A DNA stretch of 20,000 bases from Fimicolochytrium jonesii. Taxonomy: Eukaryota. Under the pieces are notes generated by a model. The model did not search any database. It was not told the origin of the DNA and worked only from the letters and a program-made list of their open reading frames with translations. The DNA lies in NCBI RefSeq assembly GCF_025526975.1, contig NW_026515677.1, positions 794,246 to 814,245 of the forward strand, given 5' to 3'. Below are positions 13,797-20,000 of the stretch, in pieces. Each line of letters opens with the position of its first letter. The stretch's first letter is position 1. A program made the position numbers and the translations under genes.

Positions 13797-16741
13797 ATGG
13801 CGGACAAGAAAGGCAAAAAAGGGCGGAAAGCGGCTAGCGCCGGTGGCGACCGAGGTATCTCCCACCATCCCTCGCTCGCTCGCACTCCTCTCCAGTTGAC
13901 TCCAGTACTTACCGGGCGAATGTATGATATGATATGATATTATTTTTTTGATAACTCAGATGGCGACGGCGACTTCAAACTCAGCGAGAAGCAGAAACTG
14001 GACGAGGTTACGATTGAGGTGTTTGAGGCGCGGGTTAGGGATTTGACGGAGAAGTTGGAGAGATAGTGAGTTGAGTTTCTTTTGGGGGGGGGGGGATGGG
14101 GGCGGTGATATTTAGGGTATACGAGGCCGGAAGAGAGGGGTAGGATTCGCGGATGGTGGACGCATTGTGGTGGGTAGGGCGGTATAAAAAGACTACTATG
14201 AGAGTGGGAATCGACATCGGCGAGGATGGTTGCACCCGGCGGCTATATTCCAGGACAGGAAGGGAATGCCGCATGCTGATCTGCCAATCGTAACGAACAG
14301 CAGGACCCGGTGCGAGGTCCTATCAGCGGAAAACGATGCGTTGGGCAAGGCGCAGACCAAGTCTTCGCACGACAAGGTAAGGAAAATTGTGTTTCATATC
14401 ACATTCCTGTCTCACCCCCCCCCCCCCCCCCTAGCAAGACATAGTCGAATTTCTCAACATTAAAGTAACCGAGCATGAACGGCAAATCACCGCCCTCGAG
14501 CACCGCATCACCACCCTCGACGCCGAAAAAGCCGAAATGGCCAGTGCCCACGCCCAAAAGATCGAGGACGCCGTCGCCGAAAGTCGAAATGAAGTCGAGA
14601 GCTTGCAGGGTGTGGTCGGAGGACTGAAGGCCCAACTGAGTGATTTGGGGGGATTCGCTAGTCAGAAGGTGGGTGTATCATACATCTGTGTTTTTACGTG
14701 GGGGGATGGCAGTGTATACTCATCTCCGAGATATCCGACACAGACGGACCTAGAAACAGCCCTCCGCACCCTCCGGACGCAACTGGAGACGAAAGAACGC
14801 ACGTATAAAGACACGATCCACAACATCGAGCGTAAAGTGCTGCAGGACAAGAACCTGCTGAAGCGGGATATGCTGCAGAAGGTCAACGAGACTGTGGCGC
14901 ATTTTCAAAGGGTTGCCGATCAGCAGATGGCTGAGGTGAGGTGGCCGCCGTGAAGTCGGGGGGAGGTGCGGGAAGCGTTGACGTACTTCCGCCGCCCTCT
15001 TCTGATATGCCTGTGGAGTGTTCTCGAATGATGTCTCACCGCCTAACCTCTGACTTCACCCACACAGACGACGAAACGCGCCATCCGCGAAAACACAATG
15101 ATAACCACCCAACTGCAAAAAATGTCCCTAAAAACCACCGAGCTGATCTCCGAAAACGACACTCTGAAACAAAAAGTAGCGCGGTTACGTACTAACAACG
15201 CCTTGTTGGTCGAGAGCGAGAAAAGCTTGGCGAAGAAGAATGTCACGCTGCAGAGGGTGTTGAGGGAGGTTGTGGGGAAGTTGAAGGGTGTGTGTTATCA
15301 TGATATGCGCCTGGGTTTTTGTGGAGGAGGCAACGGGGCATGTAACCCGTCATTCTGATTTGTAGAGACGGACCAAATGGTCGCCCTCGCCTACGACACC
15401 GCGCACCTCGCCGCGGACGCCGACACTGATACACACAGCCAGCAACGCTACTCTGACCGGTTCTATGAGGGTCCGGCGGATGAGGAGACGCCGGAGGGGT
15501 CTGATGAGTCTGTAAGTTCTGAGATGCGATTGCGTTTTATTGGCGTAGGTGTATTGCTGACGCATGTTTCCCTACAGTTGGCGGAATCAGACGCCCAACA
15601 ACATCCCCGCCCGTCCCCAGCGCTACTCCAGCAAATCATGCAATCCTTCAAATGTTTTGACGAGATGGCGGCGTATTGGGAAGAGTTGGAGATAAGTGCT
15701 CGTGGCGGCGGCGATGGAGCCGACGCAGGCGATGGACGACGGGAGAGTCAAGAGAGTGTTGATGCAGGGGACAAGAAAGAAGGAGACGGACGAGGTGCGG
15801 GCGCGTCGCAGTTGGATGCGTTGGGCGATTTGGGGCGGTTTATCGACCGGTATGTTTAAATACCATAAATATGGATCGTGTGCGAAGACTTGACGCAAAT
15901 GACGCTTTTAAGATTGCATTCGAGCATGCTGCAGGTGGCGCATATGGTTAACCAGGAGGTACCGTAGGCTTATCCTTTCCGCAATCTCTGCTCTTTGATC
16001 TATGGGTTAACGCAGGTTTTCCTTTGGGATGCGTTGTAGAACACACGCGAGGCGAATAGTGATGGCGAGCGGGACGCAGGTAACGTACGATGCCGTGAAG
16101 AGGAAGAGGAAGGGCAGGGGGTAGAGCCTTTCGATTGAACGAGGCTCACTCTACTCATTCCCTCCAAAAGGCCCACCAACCGACGCTTCCCGTCCGCCCG
16201 CGGCGTCCACCACAACTCAATGGCCCTCGTCATCAATTACATCCCCCTTACAACAACAACACGACCAAAATCCGCCGCGAAAAACATATCTCCACCCATA
16301 CTCGCCGCCCATGAAACGGCGCCTGGGGAACTTGGACGCCGTTATTGCTGCGTTGCCGCAGACGGAGAGTGTCCGGGATGGGAAGAGGGAAGAGGATAAA
16401 GTGAGGGAGATTGCGTGCCAGACGGGCCCATTACCGTTCGCGCCGGTAAGTATGGGTCATGGGAAACGCGTCCTTCGAGAGGGGACCCAGCAAAATGCTG
16501 ATCTATGTTTTTTATTCCACGACACGACATATATTTACAGAAAGTGGAAGCCAAATATCTCCTCGGGGAAGTACGGCAATGGGGCGCGCCGGCACTCTCT
16601 TTGCCGCAGAAGGGGTTGGGACAGTATGTCGCCCGGCGGCGGTATGTGTCGCAGCCGCCGCAGACGACGATGCCCGTGGTGGGGATTTTGGTAGGGAGAG
16701 AGGGCGTGAGCGTGGGGGCTGGGCCGGCTTTGAGGTCGTAG
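13797..16741 (+). CDS. CFAP157: Cilia- and flagella-associated protein 157 (coiled-coil); exons 13797-13854, 13960-14065, 14301-14376, 14435-14668, 14744-14935, 15068-15287, 15366-15511, 15578-15849, 15913-15958; structure ~15960-16170 uncertain; then ~16171-16445, 16541-16741
   Basis: Lys-rich start MADKKGKKGRK. 'RVRDLTEKLERYRTRCEVL', 'KQDIVEFL' and 'YKDTIHNIERKVLQDKNLLKRDMLQKVNETVAHFQRVADQQMAETTKRAIRENTMITTQLQKMS...ELISEN' match, from memory, the CFAP157 core (…[22 protein letters not shown]…ETTKRAIKEN…). Introns are in-phase GT-AG through exon 9. Confidence 0.85.
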
Positions 16742-17047
16742 TTTTCATGTATGTCATGTGCGAAATCACACGATGTTTGCTGCGGAGACCCTCCTTCCGA
16801 TGTGCCTTGTCCTCGCATACTACGTTCAACGTTGTAGTAGTGCGCTACGAACTGCGCATGAAATCGAGAATATTTCGACTCCGATTGGACGCCTAGAATC
16901 TTCGACAAGCGAATGAAATCACCTTTATATGACAACGTCAAAAACCATCAAAACTTCCGACGATAAATCAACACACTCGCGTTCCCGACACTCCGACAAT
17001 TACTGAATACAACTACCTTTACCAAAACCTTGCTTCACAACGACGTT

Positions 17048-17347
17048 TTGTCCTCGGATACAACTGACATGCGAAAAATGTAGGCGTAGGAGAGGATCTT
17101 ACACATGAAAGCGCCACCGACCCGACTCTGAACCAACCAGAAGCTTTAACGACGTCCAAAACACTGAAGAACTCAACTGCGAAATGAGAAAACCAATTGT
17201 CCTCGGATACAACTGACATGCGAAAAATGTAGGCGTAGGAGAGGATCTTACACATGAAAGCGCCACCGACCCGACTCTGAACCAACCAGAAGCTTTAACG
17301 ACGTCCAAAACACTGAAGAACTCAACTGCGAAATGAGAAAACCAATT
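17048..17347. repeat. Tandem duplication, 149-bp period, 2 copies
   Basis: TTGTCCTCGGATACAACTGACATGCG...GAAATGAGAAAACCAATT begins at 17048 and again at 17197. The copies appear identical by eye and share TT microhomology at the junction. Confidence 0.95.
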
Positions 17348-17546
17348 TCCGGTGGCCGTGTACGCCGATCGTTGCAGAAAACCCCCAGAAAAGATTAGCG
17401 ATAAGACTGTTTTCAGCGCCAAAATTGTGAATGGAAAAAGGAAAAACGATGTAGACCGCCGCAGGAAAAGAGAAAAAGACCCCAACGTAGCTAAATCCTC
17501 TAGAGACATTTAATAGAGAGTTTGGACTTCGACAAAATCCCATAGC

Positions 17547-17821
17547 TGTCGGGGATATCTCATCTTCACTTGTATTTCATATTATATCTCTTTACTTCTA
17601 CTTGATCCGAGACCCGGGCTGGCCACCCGAGCTCTCGGTGATACATTACATAAGGCGCCAATCTTCATTGAAGCCACGCAAGCCCCACTGGCAGCCCATA
17701 TATAAAGCTGTCAGTCGAGCGGCCGCTGCGAAGAGCTTCTTCCTTTTACTTCACTACAATACACTGCTCTCAGCCCTCTCAGAAGGGCCCAATATCGTCT
17801 ACGTTTTCCTCTGACGTTACA
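17547..17821 (+). mobile_element. 5' LTR of a Ty3/gypsy-type retrotransposon (~275 bp)
   Basis: Begins TGTCGGGG, ends GTTACA (TG...CA), has an internal TATATAAA at 17699-17706 followed by a pyrimidine-rich tract, and is immediately followed by a TGG-starting PBS and gag. The left boundary is inferred because the 3' LTR is absent; an alternative start is TGTA at 17571. Confidence 0.7.
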
Positions 17822-17831
17822 TGGTAGCACC
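17822..17831 (+). promoter_or_regulatory. tRNA primer-binding site (probably tRNA-iMet)
   Basis: TGGTAGCACC directly after the LTR-terminal CA. It differs by one base from the yeast Ty1 iMet PBS TGGTAGCGCC. Confidence 0.7.
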
Positions 17832-17915
17832 ACCTACCGCTAGCATCACCAAGACATTCCTCGTCAACGTCGCCCCTCTACCGGACGTCGCCCTTATACT
17901 CGTGCACAAGCAAGA

Positions 17916-18782
17916 ATGGACGCACAGACTCAAGCTACCGTTGCGGCTGTCGCAGCTGCTTTTGCTACTCAGCAGCGTGCTGTTACGCAAGACACCCAAC
18001 GAGCCAAACGTTTCAGAATTCTTATGGACGCTTGCAAGAACAAGCTCATCGAATACGATGGCGCCAAAGCTGCCAAAAAGATCAAAGAGGTCGCGCCGTC
18101 TCACCACAATTTTCTCGAGTCTCTCACTGTCCCGGCTGTACAAGCTGGATCAGACGGTACTGGAGCTGTCAACGCCATACCCTTTACTATGGCAGAGTAC
18201 GCCCCTACACTCACTACTTATCTCAAGGGTACTGCTCTCGAGTGGTACAATACGACTTACGCCGCTGGACCACCCGCAAGTTGGACAGCTTTTGAAACGG
18301 CTCTTGCCGCTCACTTTTATCCTCGCAATTTGTGTAATACTATTGAGCTCAAGCTCTCCGGTCTCCAGCTCGGCGACTCTCTCGAGAAATATATCAAGGA
18401 GTTTCAAGACACCAATAATGAGCTTGAAGCTGCTCATCCTCTCGATAACACTCAAGGCACCATTTCCCTTATCGATCAAATTCGATACTTCAAGGCCGGT
18501 CTTCTCAAGAATACGGTAATCGGTCATTATCTCGCTGAAGCCGTTACGAACTTCGAAGTCTCGGGCACTACCAATATCAATACCCCTATCACTCTCGATC
18601 AAGCTATCACTGCAGCTCGTCGTGCTCATGTGGCTCACGGGTTCACTGACGGCAACCAAGCCAATACGCCTCGTCCGATTGCCTCGGCATCGAGTGCTCG
18701 GGGCGGCCGTGGAGCCAGCCGCGGTCGAGGTAGTCATGGCGGTGGTCGTGGCAGACGATTTGCCCCTTACACCAATCCTTGA
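17916..18782 (+). CDS. gag: Retrotransposon Gag (capsid) protein, 288 aa, intronless; pol absent
   Basis: Retrotrans_gag-like motifs 'YLKGTALEWY...SWTAFETALAAHF...LSGLQLGDSLEKYIKEF', 'QIRYFKAGL' and 'TLDQAITAARR', then an RGG/RGR-rich nucleic-acid-binding tail. It lies downstream of an LTR and PBS. Confidence 0.88.
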   Translation: MDAQTQATVAAVAAAFATQQRAVTQDTQRAKRFRILMDACKNKLIEYDGAKAAKKIKEVAPSHHNFLESLTVPAVQAGSDGTGAVNAIPFTMAEYAPTLTTYLKGTALEWYNTTYAAGPPASWTAFETALAAHFYPRNLCNTIELKLSGLQLGDSLEKYIKEFQDTNNELEAAHPLDNTQGTISLIDQIRYFKAGLLKNTVIGHYLAEAVTNFEVSGTTNINTPITLDQAITAARRAHVAHGFTDGNQANTPRPIASASSARGGRGASRGRGSHGGGRGRRFAPYTNP

Positions 18783-18803
18783 ATTACGGAATTCGGGCAA
18801 GAC

Positions 18804-18842
18804 TTAGGGTTAGGGTTAGGGTTAGGGTTAGGGTTAGGGTTA
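18804..18842 (+). repeat. Interstitial telomeric tract (TTAGGG)6 TTA
   Basis: Directly visible. Confidence 0.98.
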
Positions 18843-18894
18843 CAAGACCCCCTGGGTTGGGTTTTATTATTGGGTTGCCTGGAACCCTAGGGAC
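18843..18894. other. 52-bp non-telomeric insert within telomere
   Basis: CAAGACCCCCTGGGTTGGGTTTTATTATTGGGTTGCCTGGAACCCTAGGGAC between perfect TTAGGG tracts. Confidence 0.9.
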
Positions 18895-19047
18895 TTAGGG
18901 TTAGGGTTAGGGTTAGGGTTAGGGTTAGGGTTAGGGTTAGGGTTAGGGTTAGGGTTAGGGTTAGGGTTAGGGTTAGGGTTAGGGTTAGGGTTAGGGTTAG
19001 GGTTAGGGTTAGGGTTAGGGTTAGGGTTAGGGTTAGGGTTAGGGTTA
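18895..19047 (+). repeat. Interstitial telomeric tract (TTAGGG)25 TTA
   Basis: Directly visible. Confidence 0.98.
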
Positions 19048-19595
19048 CAGGACTGTTCCCGGTTATGGGTTATTTTTGGCCATCCAAAAAGTGTCAAATA
19101 AAGTTGCTAGCAATGTTCAGGGGCGTCTTACTGTACTGTACATAAAACTTTGGGGCATGTTTTCCACTCAATGCTCCCGGAAAATCTGTTTTTCAGATAT
19201 TTTACTATGAAAATGTCACCAAAACGCATTTTCTGAAACTCTGAGTGGATGGAATTTGCTTAAAGTGGAGTATATCTCAGAAAACATCCTCAAAAACATC
19301 TAGGAACCATCATCTACTCTAGTATTTATCAACTCCTGGCACTTTTTGTTTCCGGGCAATATGGGGGTGTTCTGCAGTTGGCAAGTGACTCAGTTTGGTT
19401 TGCTCTCAATTTGCTACGTGTTCAAATCCTTTTGAGGCCCACATACTTTCCTTTCTTCCATTGCTCCTCCGGATGGTGGAGGATGGCAAATGCCTTTTTG
19501 CATTGCAATATATGGATATGACAGGGTGTTTGTCAACTAGCAAATCATGCAAAAAGCATGCAGTGCATGTCCGTTTGCATGCACTATGTCATCCG
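19048..19595. mobile_element. ~549-bp AT-rich non-coding insert within telomere; candidate truncated telomere-targeted element
   Basis: Unique sequence flanked by GGGTTA| and |TAGGG. Its proximal end resembles that of the 52-bp insert. It has several internal inverted repeats and no credible ORF. Confidence 0.5.
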
Positions 19596-20000
19596 TAGGG
19601 TTAGGGTTAGGGTTAGGGTTAGGGTTAGGGTTAGGGTTAGGGTTAGGGTTAGGGTTAGGGTTAGGGTTAGGGTTAGGGTTAGGGTTAGGGTTAGGGTTAG
19701 GGTTAGGGTTAGGGTTAGGGTTAGGGTTAGGGTTAGGGTTAGGGTTAGGGTTAGGGTTAGGGTTAGGGTTAGGGTTAGGGTTAGGGTTAGGGTTAGGGTT
19801 AGGGTTAGGGTTAGGGTTAGGGTTAGGGTTAGGGTTAGGGTTAGGGTTAGGGTTAGGGTTAGGGTTAGGGTTAGGGTTAGGGTTAGGGTTAGGGTTAGGG
19901 TTAGGGTTAGGGTTAGGGTTAGGGTTAGGGTTAGGGTTAGGGTTAGGGTTAGGGTTAGGGTTAGGGTTAGGGTTAGGGTTAGGGTTAGGGTTAGGGTTAG
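19596..20000 (+). repeat. Terminal telomere (TTAGGG)n
   Basis: About 400 nt of perfect TTAGGG running to the window end, with the G-rich strand 5'->3' toward the end as expected for a right chromosome terminus. Confidence 0.98.

Noticed and set aside
17164..17192. Possible hammerhead ribozyme core (CTGAAGA...GAAA) in the 149-bp repeat
   Set aside because: No properly closed stem II or stems I/III. No CTGANGA core was found on either strand of the telomeric inserts either, which weakens a Penelope/terminon assignment.
17821..18800. Overlapping ORFs 17821-18519 (+) and 18150-18800 (-)
   Set aside because: Shadow frames of gag caused by its T/C-ending codon bias; Leu/Ser-rich with no domain.
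18867..19097. ORF encoding (NP)n
   Set aside because: It is just the translation of the CCCTAA strand of the telomeric tract.
19562..19598. Helitron-like 3' end (hairpin then ..TAG)
   Set aside because: Ends GTAG, with TAG belonging to the telomere repeat; no 5' TC or A|T insertion context.

Overview
Right-hand end of a eukaryotic chromosome with (TTAGGG)n telomeres. The organism is very probably a flagellated (zoosporic, chytrid-type) fungus: introns are short and GT-AG, and there is a fungal-type cyclin plus the axonemal gene CFAP157. Four intron-containing host genes can be reconstructed by hand: Gemin2/Brr1 (+), Rab6/Ypt6 (-), a Cln/Puc1-like cyclin (+) and CFAP157 (+). They are separated by degenerate repeat or pseudogene-like intervals. 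There is almost no subtelomere. About 0.8 kb after the CFAP157 stop, a Ty3/gypsy-type element begins (5' LTR, tRNA primer-binding site, gag) and is cut off by telomeric repeats just after gag. The telomere is composite: (TTAGGG)6, a 52 bp insert, (TTAGGG)25, a ~549 bp insert, then terminal (TTAGGG)n. Both inserts start at the same register of the repeat (GGGTTA|CARGAC) and share a related ~30 nt proximal end. This suggests truncated copies of an undescribed telomere-targeted mobile element. All assignments come from reading and motif recognition; no database searches were run.
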